NCBI GenBank assembly: GCA_964447215.1
Contig: CAYURT010000004.1
Coordinates: forward strand, 37,498-101,497
DNA length: 64,000 nt
Direction of reading: 5' to 3'
Source of the DNA: an uncultured Mycobacterium sp.
GTDB lineage: Bacteria; Actinomycetota; Actinomycetes; Mycobacteriales; Mycobacteriaceae
Numbering within the stretch: the first letter of the stretch is position 1; every line of letters starts with the position of its first letter. Position numbers and translations under genes: made by a program. Below are positions 28,839 to 37,629 of the stretch, piece by piece. A model generated the notes under the pieces. It searched no databases. It saw only the letters and a program-made list of their open reading frames with translations, and was not told where the DNA came from.

Positions 28839-29717
28839 ATGTCCCGACTGCACCCGATCATCTCGGTCACCGGATCCTCAGGAGCCGGCACCACCTCGGT
28901 CATGAAGACCTTCGACCACATCTTCCGGCGCGAGGACGTCAACGTCGCCTATATCGAAGGCGACAGCATGCACCGCTACGACCGTGCCGAGATGAAGGTC
29001 AAGATCGCCGAGGCCCATGCCAACGGCAACCACAACTTCAGCCACTTCGGCCCGGAGTCCAACCTGTTCGCCGAGTTGGAGGACCTCTTCCGCACCTACG
29101 GCGAGACCGGGACCGGCAAGGTGCGCAAGTACCTGCACGACGACAAGGAAGCCGAACCCTACGGCCAGGCGCCGGGAACGTTCACGCCGTGGGAGAGCCT
29201 GCCGGACAACACCGACATACTGTTCTATGAGGGCCTGCACGGCGCGGTGGTCACCGGCGACGTCGACATCGCCCGCCATGCCGACCTCAAGATCGGCGTG
29301 GTCCCGGTGATCAACCTGGAGTGGATTCAGAAGCTGCACCGCGACAAGGTGTCCCGCGGCTACACCTCCGAGGCGGTCACCGACACCATCCTGCGCCGGA
29401 TGCCCGACTATGTGAACTTCATCTGCTCCCAGTTCACCTACACCGACGTCAACTTCCAGCGGGTGCCGATGGTCGACACCTCGAATCCGTTCATCGCCCG
29501 GTCGATCCCGACCGCCGACGAGTCGATGGTGATCATCCGGTTCCGCGATCCGCACGGCATCGACTTCCCCTATCTGCTGTCGATGCTGCACGACTCGTTC
29601 ATGTCCCGGGCCAACACCATCGTGTGCCCCGGCGGGAAGATGGAACTGGCCATGCAGCTCATCTTCACCCCGATGGTGATGCGCCTGATCGAACGCCGGA
29701 GGGCGGCGATGCCCTGA
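28839..29717 (+). CDS. cbbP: Phosphoribulokinase (bacterial class I, CbbP-type)
   Basis: It has an N-terminal P-loop (HPIISVTGSSGAGTTSV) plus the typical bacterial PRK patterns FRREDVNVAYIEGDSMHRYDRAEM and PVINLEWIQKLHRDK. Confidence 0.9.
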   Translation: MSRLHPIISVTGSSGAGTTSVMKTFDHIFRREDVNVAYIEGDSMHRYDRAEMKVKIAEAHANGNHNFSHFGPESNLFAELEDLFRTYGETGTGKVRKYLHDDKEAEPYGQAPGTFTPWESLPDNTDILFYEGLHGAVVTGDVDIARHADLKIGVVPVINLEWIQKLHRDKVSRGYTSEAVTDTILRRMPDYVNFICSQFTYTDVNFQRVPMVDTSNPFIARSIPTADESMVIIRFRDPHGIDFPYLLSMLHDSFMSRANTIVCPGGKMELAMQLIFTPMVMRLIERRRAAMP

Positions 29718-29760
29718 GGCCCCGCCGGGGTGAACTGACCGGGTCTCAGGACGCGGCGAC

Positions 29761-30666
29761 TCAGGATGCGGCTCTGCGCAGCGGGCCGATCGTGCGCCAG
29801 CCCAGATCCCGGTGCGCGACCAGATGCTTGACCAGAAGTTCGGTGGAACTGGTCGGCGCGGACTGGCTGACCAGGTGCCAGGGGCGGTTCAGCGGTGTGC
29901 CGGGCACCGCCAGTTCGACCAGCGTCCCGCTGTCGAGCTGGGTCCGCACCGCCTGCCGGGACACCAGGGTCACCCCCAGGCCCGCCACCGCCGCCGCGAC
30001 CACCGCCCCGTGCGACCCCAGCACCAGCAACGAGGGACTGACGTCGAGTTCGTCGAGGAGCGCCGAGAGCGCGGACCGGGTTCCCGAACCCGGCTCGCGC
30101 AGCAACCACGTCGTGCCCGCCGGTGTGAAGTCCGCGGCCACCGCCGGCGCGCCGACGACGATCAGGGTGTTGGGGCTGACAGCCCGAACCCGGGCTTTGC
30201 GCCGCAGGTTCTCCGGCGGCCGCCCGGCCACCACGAGGTCGACCTCGTGGCGAGCCAGCATCGGCCACACGTCGTTACGCGAGGCCACCTCCAGGTTCAG
30301 GACGACCGAGGGATAGCGTTCGCGGAACGAGGCCAGCGCGGCCGGGATCAGCAGTTCCCCCGCCGAGGTGACCGCCGCCAGCCGCACCGAGCCGTTCTCC
30401 GGGTCCGCCTCGCCGCGCGCAGCCAGGATCGCCTCATCATGCAAACCCAGGATGCGCCGGGCGTACTCGACATAACGCTCCCCGGCCGGGGTCAGTTTGA
30501 CCCCGCGACCGTGCCGGTCGACCAGGGCGATCCCGATCTCGTCGGACAGCGCGCGGACCGCCGAGGAGATCGAGGACTCGGTCACCACCAGCCGCTCCGC
30601 GGCGCCCCGCACCGAACCGGTCTCGGCCAGTTCAACCAGGGCGCGGAGCCTGGCCTTAGTTGTCAT
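29761..30666 (-). CDS. LysR-family transcriptional regulator (CbbR-like by context)
   Basis: It has an N-terminal HTH (LRALVELAETGSVRGAAERLVVTESSISSAVRALSDEIGIALVDR) and a LysR substrate-binding domain. It is divergent from the aldolase gene and convergent with cbbP. Confidence 0.8.
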   Translation of the reverse strand: MTTKARLRALVELAETGSVRGAAERLVVTESSISSAVRALSDEIGIALVDRHGRGVKLTPAGERYVEYARRILGLHDEAILAARGEADPENGSVRLAAVTSAGELLIPAALASFRERYPSVVLNLEVASRNDVWPMLARHEVDLVVAGRPPENLRRKARVRAVSPNTLIVVGAPAVAADFTPAGTTWLLREPGSGTRSALSALLDELDVSPSLLVLGSHGAVVAAAVAGLGVTLVSRQAVRTQLDSGTLVELAVPGTPLNRPWHLVSQSAPTSSTELLVKHLVAHRDLGWRTIGPLRRAAS

Positions 30667-30698
30667 CAGTGGTCATCGGTCGCCCGCCATGACCACTG
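30667..30698. promoter_or_regulatory. Perfect 10-bp inverted repeat (CAGTGGTCAT-N12-ATGACCACTG) abutting the LysR start codon. Candidate operator or 5'-UTR hairpin.
   Basis: The repeat was read directly from the sequence. It lies in the 190-bp divergent LysR/aldolase intergenic region, which also contains an unusually AT-rich patch (ATTGTCCAATATTTTCG, ~30731-30747). Confidence 0.4.
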
Positions 30699-30856
30699 AG
30701 GGTGCCTGACGACACTGAACTTGTCTACGGATTGTCCAATATTTTCGCTGAACCGATCACCTAACTGTTGCCCTCCCCCGCAACATCCACCCAAAGGGTG
30801 ATTTCCCCGGTCGCGGCACGTCCTATCGTTTCGCAATTCGACGTGAGGAGCACCGC

Positions 30857-31849
30857 ATGAACTGCAGGCAGATCGCCGCCGAGATGACCGCCTTCGGCAA
30901 GGGCGTCCTGGCCGCCGACGAGAGCATCGCCACGATGTCCTCGCGGCTGGAGAAGGCGGGCGTCACCCCCAGCGAGCAGAGCCGCCGGGACTACCGCGAA
31001 CTGCTGTCCTCGACTCCGGACCTCTCCGACGGGGTGTCGGGGATCATCTTCTGCGACGAGACCCTGAAGCAGACCTTCGCCGACGGCACCCCGTTCCCGC
31101 AGGCGGTCCGCGCCCGCGGGATCCTGCCCGGCATCAAGGTGGACACCGGCGCCAAACCCTGTCCGGGGCTGCCCGGCGAGACCATCACCGAGGGCCTCGA
31201 CGGGCTGGCCGGACGGCTGGCGACCTACGCCGAGATGGGGGCGGCCTTCGCCAAGTGGCGGGCGGTCTACACCATCACCGACAGCACCCCCAGCCGCGGC
31301 TCGATCGTCAGCAACGCCAATGCCCTGGCCCGCTACGCGGCCGCCTGCCAGGAGGCCGGGTTGGTCCCGATCGTCGAGCCGGAGGTTCTGATGGCCGGCG
31401 GCCACGGCATCGACACGTGCGCGGCGGTCACCACCGCGGTGCACGAGGCGGTCCGCGAACACCTGGCGCTGCTCAACGTCGACCTGGCCGGGATCGTGCT
31501 CAAGCCCAACATGATCACCGAGGGCGAGGACGCGGCCTCGGCTTCCCCGGAGGAGGTGGCGGCGGCGACCGTCGAGGTGCTGCGCGCCTGGCCCGACGAT
31601 CTGGCCGGGGTGGCGTTCCTGTCCGGGGGCCAGCCGCCGGAGCGGGCCACGGCCAACCTGGCCGCCATGCAGTCCCACCCGACACCGTGGCCGCTGACCT
31701 TCTCCTTCGGCCGCGCGCTGGTCTCCCCCGCGCTGGCGGCCTGGCACGGCGAGAAGGCCAACTGGACCGCCGGGCAGAGCGCCCTGGCCGAGCACGTCAA
31801 CGCCAACGCTGCGGCGGTCCGGCTGCGCGGCGAGCTTCAGTCCGCCTGA
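30857..31849 (+). CDS. Class I (Schiff-base) fructose-bisphosphate aldolase
   Basis: It has GKGVLAADESIATMSSRLE, ILPGIKVDTG, and the Schiff-base lysine context IVLKPNMI. A GAGGAG Shine-Dalgarno-like sequence precedes the ATG. Length is 330 aa. Confidence 0.85.
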   Translation: MNCRQIAAEMTAFGKGVLAADESIATMSSRLEKAGVTPSEQSRRDYRELLSSTPDLSDGVSGIIFCDETLKQTFADGTPFPQAVRARGILPGIKVDTGAKPCPGLPGETITEGLDGLAGRLATYAEMGAAFAKWRAVYTITDSTPSRGSIVSNANALARYAAACQEAGLVPIVEPEVLMAGGHGIDTCAAVTTAVHEAVREHLALLNVDLAGIVLKPNMITEGEDAASASPEEVAAATVEVLRAWPDDLAGVAFLSGGQPPERATANLAAMQSHPTPWPLTFSFGRALVSPALAAWHGEKANWTAGQSALAEHVNANAAAVRLRGELQSA

Positions 31850-33084
31850 GGCTCGCCCGCCTCCAGCGGGATGGTCACCGTCACCCCGGTGCCCGCCCCG
31901 GGTTGGGAGCGCACCTCGAGCCGTCCGCCGACCAGTTCGGCGCGCTCGGCCATCGACAGCATGCCGAAGCCGCCGGACACCGCCGCGCGCTGAGTGCCGG
32001 GGACCCTGTCGTCGGCAGGGTCGAAGCCGACCCCGTCGTCGGTGACCTCCAGCCGGGCCACCCCGTCCTCGACGGTGAACCGCACCGACGCACGCAGGGC
32101 ACGGGAGTGCTTGACGACGTTCTGCAGGCCCTCCTGGGCGATGCGATAAAGAGCGACCTCGATGTGTTCGGGCAGCCGCATCTCGGCCAGTTCGAGCCCG
32201 AGGTCGACCTCGGTGACGGATGCGGCCAGGCTGGCCAGTCCGCCGGCCAGGCCCAGGTCGTCGAGCACCGGCGGGCGCAGGCCACCGATCGCCGAGCGGG
32301 CCTCGGCAAGGGTGAGATCGACGAGGTCACGGGCCTTCTCCAGCTGCTCGACGGCGTCGGCGCACTGCTGGCGATCCACGGCGCGGGCCGCCGCGTCGAG
32401 CCGGTAGGTGAGGCTGACCAGCCGCTGGGAGATGCCGTCGTGGATATCGGCCGCCAGCCTGCGGCGCTCGCTTTCCTGGGCGGCGATCACCTGCTCGGCG
32501 AAGTCCTCGTGGGCCCGCTCGCGGGCGCTGAGCTGACGGTGCAGCCGTGCCTGGTGCAGGGCCCCGGCGATCAGCCGACCGATCACCAGCAGCAGCTGGA
32601 TGTCGCGGGCGGTGAAGTCCCGCCGGGTGATGGTGTGCACGTTGAGAACCCCGACCAGCCCGCCCGGCTCGGTCTCCATCGGCACCGAGGCCATCGAGGT
32701 GAAGTCCGACCCCCGCAACGACTCGATCGGCAGGTAGCGGGGGTCGTCCTCCTTGCCGGTCACGATGACCACCGGCTCGCGGTGGGCGGCAACCCAGCCC
32801 GAGACCCCCGCGCCCAGTGGTATCCGGATCCGACCGACCTGCTCGTCGAACGGCGGGGTCGCCCCGGCCAGGGTCAGAGACCGGTCGGTGTCGTCGAGGA
32901 CGTGGACGAAACACACGTCCGACGCGGTGGCGCCGGTGATCAGCTGGGCGACCGCGGCCGCCATCGGTTCCACCCCGGGTCCGCTGGAGGTGGCGGCGAT
33001 GATGTCCAGCAGCAGGGTCACCTCTCGGTCGGCGTCGACCAGACCGTGAACATCCTGGGCACCCAGGCGGCTGGCCGGACTCAC
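31837..33084 (-). CDS. Soluble GAF-domain sensor histidine kinase (HisKA_3 / NarL-partner type)
   Basis: No transmembrane segment is visible. It has a GAF-like N-domain, the H-box ERRRLAADIHDGISQRL, and HATPase motifs (GLQNVVKHS, DDGVGF, GFGMLSMAERAELVGG). Its 3' end overlaps the aldolase 3' end by 13 nt. Confidence 0.85.
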   Translation of the reverse strand: MSPASRLGAQDVHGLVDADREVTLLLDIIAATSSGPGVEPMAAAVAQLITGATASDVCFVHVLDDTDRSLTLAGATPPFDEQVGRIRIPLGAGVSGWVAAHREPVVIVTGKEDDPRYLPIESLRGSDFTSMASVPMETEPGGLVGVLNVHTITRRDFTARDIQLLLVIGRLIAGALHQARLHRQLSARERAHEDFAEQVIAAQESERRRLAADIHDGISQRLVSLTYRLDAAARAVDRQQCADAVEQLEKARDLVDLTLAEARSAIGGLRPPVLDDLGLAGGLASLAASVTEVDLGLELAEMRLPEHIEVALYRIAQEGLQNVVKHSRALRASVRFTVEDGVARLEVTDDGVGFDPADDRVPGTQRAAVSGGFGMLSMAERAELVGGRLEVRSQPGAGTGVTVTIPLEAGEPQAD

Positions 33085-33752
33085 TGGAAGATCCCCTCCC
33101 GCAAGGCCGTCGCCACGGCGCCGGTACGGTCGCCCACCCCGAGCTTTCGGTAGATCGAGCGCAGGTGGCTCTTGACGGTCTCCTCGCCGATGATCAGCTT
33201 GGTGGCCACCCCGCGGTTGGACAGCCCGGCGACCACCAGTGAGAGGATTTCGCTCTCCCGCTGGGTCAGCCCCTGACGGGCGCCGGGCCAGAATTCGTCA
33301 CGCTGCATCCGCGCGGCGGTGTCCACCGCACGGGCGGCCAGTCCGGGGTCGATCGCCATCTCACCGTTGTGCACCAGCTCCAACTGGCGGACCAGTTCGT
33401 CGCTGCCGATCCCCTTGAGCAGATAGCCCGAGGCGCCCACCCGCAACGCCTGGAAAAGGTACTGCTCGTCGTCGTAGACCGACAGCAGGATGACCTTGCG
33501 CTCGGGGTCGCGCTCCCGGACCGCGCGGCACAGATCCAGGCCGCTGGACCCCTGCATCCGGATGTCGCTGAGCACGATGTCGGGGGCGAGGCCGGCGATG
33601 ACGTCGAGGGCTTCGTCCACACCGAGTGCCTCACCGACCACCGTGACCCTGGCGGCGAACGGCGAGAGCATGGCCTTGAGACCTTCGATCACCATCTGGT
33701 GATCGTCGACGATCACCACGCGGAGCGGTCCCCCGCCGGCTGGCCCGGTCAT
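33081..33752 (-). CDS. NarL/LuxR-family response regulator
   Basis: It has a receiver domain (RVVIVDDHQMV...IVLSDIRMQGSSGLD) and a LuxR HTH (LTQRESEILSLVVAGLSNRGVATKLIIGEETVKSHLRSIYRKLGV). Its stop overlaps the kinase start (GTGA). Confidence 0.9.
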   Translation of the reverse strand: MTGPAGGGPLRVVIVDDHQMVIEGLKAMLSPFAARVTVVGEALGVDEALDVIAGLAPDIVLSDIRMQGSSGLDLCRAVRERDPERKVILLSVYDDEQYLFQALRVGASGYLLKGIGSDELVRQLELVHNGEMAIDPGLAARAVDTAARMQRDEFWPGARQGLTQRESEILSLVVAGLSNRGVATKLIIGEETVKSHLRSIYRKLGVGDRTGAVATALREGIFQ

Positions 33753-33829
33753 GGGCTAACGATAGGTCACCGCCAATCGCCGAGCACCGATCCGGCATCG
33801 ACATATCCTGTCCGGCGGAGGTGTCCGAG

Positions 33830-34570
33830 ATGGATCGAACCGGTGGTCTGGCGGCCGTCATCTTCGACGTGGACGGCACCCTGGCCGACACCGAACGGGA
33901 CGGCCACCGGCCGGCCTTCAACGCCGCCTTCACGTCCCACGGCGTGGATGTGCAGTGGAATCCCGAGCATTACGGCCGGCTGCTGAGCATCACCGGCGGT
34001 GACCGCAGGATCGCCGCGGACCTGCGCGAGCGCGGGTTCGGCGACCGGACCGAGACCCTGGCCGCCGACATCCACAAGACCAAGACCGGGTTGTTCCGCG
34101 AGGCGATCCTCAACGGTGAGATCTCCCCGCGGCCGGGATTGCCGGACCTCGTCGTCGACCTGCGCCGGGCCGGCATCCGGATCGCCGTCGCGACCACCGG
34201 CCGTCGGGCCTGGGTGGAGCCGCTGGTGCGCCACCTGCTCGGTGACGGCGTGGTCGAGGTGATGGTCACCGGCGACGACGTCGCCAACCTCAAACCCGAT
34301 CCCGAGGCCTACCGCAGAGCGCTGGACCTGCTCGGCGTCGCACCGGAACAGGCTCTGGCGGTTGAGGATTCGGCCAACGGACTGCAGGCCGCCAATGGCG
34401 CGGGGCTGGCCACGGTGGTGGTGACCAACGACTACACCCATGACCAGGACTTCACCGGTGCCGCCGCGGTGTTCGACCGCTACGACGGACCCGAGCCGCT
34501 GGACGCCGAGCGCTGCCGGCAGATTCACCACCGGTTCTGGTCCGGCCGCACGCAGCCAAGACGGGGCTAA
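33830..34570 (+). CDS. cbbY: HAD-superfamily phosphatase, CbbY-like
   Basis: [26 protein letters not shown]...[12 protein letters not shown] closely follows the CbbY N-terminal pattern as I remember it. I preferred ATG 33830 because of the GGAGG spacing; the ORF track gives GTG 33821. Its 3' end overlaps the gatB 3' end by 4 nt. Confidence 0.75.
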   Translation: MDRTGGLAAVIFDVDGTLADTERDGHRPAFNAAFTSHGVDVQWNPEHYGRLLSITGGDRRIAADLRERGFGDRTETLAADIHKTKTGLFREAILNGEISPRPGLPDLVVDLRRAGIRIAVATTGRRAWVEPLVRHLLGDGVVEVMVTGDDVANLKPDPEAYRRALDLLGVAPEQALAVEDSANGLQAANGAGLATVVVTNDYTHDQDFTGAAAVFDRYDGPEPLDAERCRQIHHRFWSGRTQPRRG

Positions 34571-36081
34571 CCGTCCTGGCCGCACGCGGCCAAGACGAGT
34601 TCCCGCACCCGGGCGGCGTCGGCCTGCCCCTTGGTCGCCTTCATCACCGCACCGACGATCGCACCGGCGGCCTGGACCTTGCCACCCCGGATCTTCTCGG
34701 CGACATCGGGGTTGGCGGCCAGCGCCTCGTCGACCGCAGCCTGGATCAGCGAGTCGTCGCGCACCAGAGCCAGCCCCCGTGCGGTCATCACCGCCTCGGG
34801 TTCACCCTCCCCGGCCAGCACCCCCTCGACCACCTGGCGGGCCAGCTTGTTCGACAACTTTCCCTCCTCGACCAGGGCGATGACCGTGGCCACCTGGGCG
34901 GCCGTGATGGCCAGGGCATCCAGTTCCACCCCGACCTCGTTGGCCTTCTGCACCAGGAAGTTGCCCCACCAGGCGCGGGCTGACTCACTGGGCGCGCCGT
35001 GGGACACCGTGGCCGCGACCAGCTCGACCGCACCGGCGTTGACCAGGTCGCGCATCACCTCGTCGGAAACCCCCCAGTCCTGTTGGATCCGCTTGCGCGC
35101 CAGCCAGGGCAGTTCCGGGACGGTGCCGCGCAGCCGCTGCACCGTTTCCGGGCTCGGCGCCACCGGCTCCAGATCCGGCTCCGGGAAGTACCGGTAGTCC
35201 TCGGCGGTCTCCTTGTCCCGGCCCGGCGAGGTGTGCCCGTCCTCGTGGAAGTGCCGGGTCTCCTGGTGCACCGTGCCGCCGGCAGCCAGGACGGCGGCCT
35301 GGCGGCGCATCTCGTAGCGGACGGCCACCTCGACGCTCTTGAGCGAGTTGACGTTCTTGGTCTCGGTCCGGGTGCCGAACTCGGCCTGCTGATGCGGTCG
35401 CAGCGAGACATTGGCGTCGCAGCGCAGCGAGCCCTGGTCCATCCGCACGTCGGAGACCCCCAGCGCGCGCAGCAGGTCCCGCAGCGCGGTGACGTAGGCG
35501 CGGGCCACCTGCGGAGCGCGCTCACCGGCCCCCTCGATGGGCTTGGTGACGATCTCGATCAGCGGCACCCCGGCCCGGTTGAAGTCCAGCAGCGAGGTGG
35601 TGGCGCCGTGGATGCGGCCGGTCTCGCTGCCCAGGTGGGTCAGCTTGCCGGTGTCCTCCTCCATGTGGGCGCGCTCGATGCCGACCCGGAAGGTGTCACC
35701 GTCCTCGAGGGGGACCTCGAGGTAGCCGTCGACCGCGATCGGCTCGTCGTACTGGGAGATCTGGTAGTTCTTGGGCATGTCCGGATAGAAGTAGTTCTTC
35801 CGGGCGAACCGGCTCCACGCGGCGATGGAGCAGTTCAGCGCCAGACCGATCCGGATGGCCGACTCCACCGCCGCCCCGTTGAGCACCGGCAGCGCGCCCG
35901 GAAGGCCCAGACACACCGGGCAGACCTGGGTGTTGGGTTCGGCGCCGAAGTCCGTCGGGCAACCGCAGAACATCTTGGTCGCGGTGGAGAGCTCGACGTG
36001 TACCTCGAGGCCGAGGACCGGGTCGAACCGGGCCAGGACCTCGTCGTAGGCGAGGAGTTCGGCGGTGGCGGCGGTCGTCAT
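34567..36081 (-). CDS. gatB: Asp/Glu-tRNA(Asn/Gln) amidotransferase subunit B
   Basis: The start is ATG at 36081 ([33 protein letters not shown]...), giving 504 aa. The GatB pattern [33 protein letters not shown] is present. Confidence 0.95.
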   Translation of the reverse strand: MTTAATAELLAYDEVLARFDPVLGLEVHVELSTATKMFCGCPTDFGAEPNTQVCPVCLGLPGALPVLNGAAVESAIRIGLALNCSIAAWSRFARKNYFYPDMPKNYQISQYDEPIAVDGYLEVPLEDGDTFRVGIERAHMEEDTGKLTHLGSETGRIHGATTSLLDFNRAGVPLIEIVTKPIEGAGERAPQVARAYVTALRDLLRALGVSDVRMDQGSLRCDANVSLRPHQQAEFGTRTETKNVNSLKSVEVAVRYEMRRQAAVLAAGGTVHQETRHFHEDGHTSPGRDKETAEDYRYFPEPDLEPVAPSPETVQRLRGTVPELPWLARKRIQQDWGVSDEVMRDLVNAGAVELVAATVSHGAPSESARAWWGNFLVQKANEVGVELDALAITAAQVATVIALVEEGKLSNKLARQVVEGVLAGEGEPEAVMTARGLALVRDDSLIQAAVDEALAANPDVAEKIRGGKVQAAGAIVGAVMKATKGQADAARVRELVLAACGQDG

Positions 36082-36268
36082 GGCCCCCGATCCTAGTGGG
36101 GCGACGTTCCGGCTCGCCGAACGTGAAACCTCACCGCTTTCCGGGCCGGTTTTTCGCCGTGGCTTCACGCTCGGCGTCCGCAGTCTCGGCGCCCGGCGAT
36201 CGTCCCGGGCATCGGTGCCAGCCCGGTAGGGTGTCGCGGTCGGATCACCCGAGAAGGGAACAACGCTG

Positions 36269-37624
36269 GTGAGAAGCGAGCAGAGCGACCTCGTCGCCGG
36301 GGTGCCGCGGCGGCGCATCGTCGTGGCGTCGATGGTCGGCACCACCGTCGAGTTCTACGACTTCTACATCTACGCCACCGCGGCGGTGACGGTGTTCCCG
36401 TTCCTGTTCTTCCCGAAGGGGAATCCGACCACCGCGCTGCTGGCCTCGCTGGCCACCTTCGGGCTGGCGTTCGCTGCCCGGCCGCTGGGCTCGATCCTGT
36501 TCGGGCACTTCGGCGACCGGGTCGGCCGCAAGGCGACCCTGGTCGGTTCGCTGCTCACGATGGGCATAGCGACCTTCGCCATCGGCCTGCTGCCCACCTA
36601 CCATCAGGTCGGCCTGCTGGCCCCGGCGCTGCTGGCGCTGATGCGTTTCGCACAGGGCCTGGCGCTGGGCGGGGAATGGAGCGGGGCGGCACTGCTGGCG
36701 GTGGAGACCGCCCGGCCGGGCCGGCGGGCCTGGGCGGCGATGTGGCCGCAACTGGGCGCCCCGATCGGATTCCTGCTGGCCAACGGGGCCTTCCTGGCGC
36801 TGCTGACCTGGCTGCGGCATTCCAACGCCGACCCGGACCTGGACGGGGCTTTTCTGACCTGGGGCTGGCGGGTTCCGTTCCTGTTCAGCGCGGTCATGGT
36901 GGGCATCGGGCTCTACGTCCGGCTCCGCCTGACCGAGACCCCGGTGTTCGCCAGGGCCGTCGAACGCGGGGAGCGGGTGAAAACCCCGGTGGCGCAGGTG
37001 TTCCGGACCAGCTGGCCCCAGCTGCTGATCGGCACCTTCGTGATGCTGGCCACCTACACGCTGTTCTACGTGGTCACCACCTGGGCGTTGAGCTACGGCA
37101 CCGCCAAGCGCCCGCCGGACGGTGCGGGCCTGGGTTTCAGCTTCTTCGACTTCCTGCGACTGCAGATGGTCGCGGTGGTCTTCTTCGCCGCGCTGATCCC
37201 GGTATCGGGAATGCTGGCCGACCGGTGGGGCCGCCGACCCACCCTGATCGCGGTGACCGTCGCGATCATCGGCTACGGCGCGGCCTTCGCCGCTCTGCTC
37301 GACCCGCAGCGCAGTTCGGCCGGTTCGGTGCTGCTGTTCCTGGCTCTGGGCATGACGCTGATGGGCCTGACCTTCGGCCCGATGAGCGCCGTTCTGCCAG
37401 AACTGTTCCCCACCAACGTCCGCTACACCGGCTCGGGAATCGCCTACAACGCGGCCAGTATCCTCGGTGCGGCGGTCGCCCCCTTCATCGCTACGTGGCT
37501 GTCGACCCGCTACGGCGTCGGGTGGGTCGGCGTCTACCTCGCGACGGCGGCCTGCCTGACCCTGGTGGCGCTGCTGGTGATGCGCGACACCCGCGACACC
37601 TCACTGGACAGCCCGCCGGGCTGA
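36269..37624 (+). CDS. MFS transporter (metabolite:H+ symporter family-like)
   Basis: It has about 12 hydrophobic segments and the motif [19 protein letters not shown]...[10 protein letters not shown], typical of MHS-type MFS permeases. Confidence 0.85.
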   Translation: MRSEQSDLVAGVPRRRIVVASMVGTTVEFYDFYIYATAAVTVFPFLFFPKGNPTTALLASLATFGLAFAARPLGSILFGHFGDRVGRKATLVGSLLTMGIATFAIGLLPTYHQVGLLAPALLALMRFAQGLALGGEWSGAALLAVETARPGRRAWAAMWPQLGAPIGFLLANGAFLALLTWLRHSNADPDLDGAFLTWGWRVPFLFSAVMVGIGLYVRLRLTETPVFARAVERGERVKTPVAQVFRTSWPQLLIGTFVMLATYTLFYVVTTWALSYGTAKRPPDGAGLGFSFFDFLRLQMVAVVFFAALIPVSGMLADRWGRRPTLIAVTVAIIGYGAAFAALLDPQRSSAGSVLLFLALGMTLMGLTFGPMSAVLPELFPTNVRYTGSGIAYNAASILGAAVAPFIATWLSTRYGVGWVGVYLATAACLTLVALLVMRDTRDTSLDSPPG

Positions 37625-37629
37625 GAGGG

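Noticed and set aside
31255-33153. A 632-aa plus-strand ORF.
   Set aside because: It is antisense to the histidine kinase, which has clear H-box and ATPase motifs, and it overlaps the aldolase out of frame. It is a GC artefact.
19431-34570. A search for mobility signatures (integrase, transposase, inverted or direct terminal repeats, flanking tRNA) around the hydrogenase/cbb block.
   Set aside because: None was found by eye. The only tRNAs are 13 kb away next to gltX. The block is therefore described as an insertion relative to M. tuberculosis synteny and not called a mobile element.
36082-36268. A possible riboswitch or leader in the 187-bp gatB/MFS intergenic region (CTAGTGGGGCGACGTTCCGG resembles the start of some guanidine/ykkC-type elements).
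   Set aside because: The resemblance is limited to a few nucleotides. The conserved downstream segments I remember are missing, and no terminator or sequestering helix is evident.
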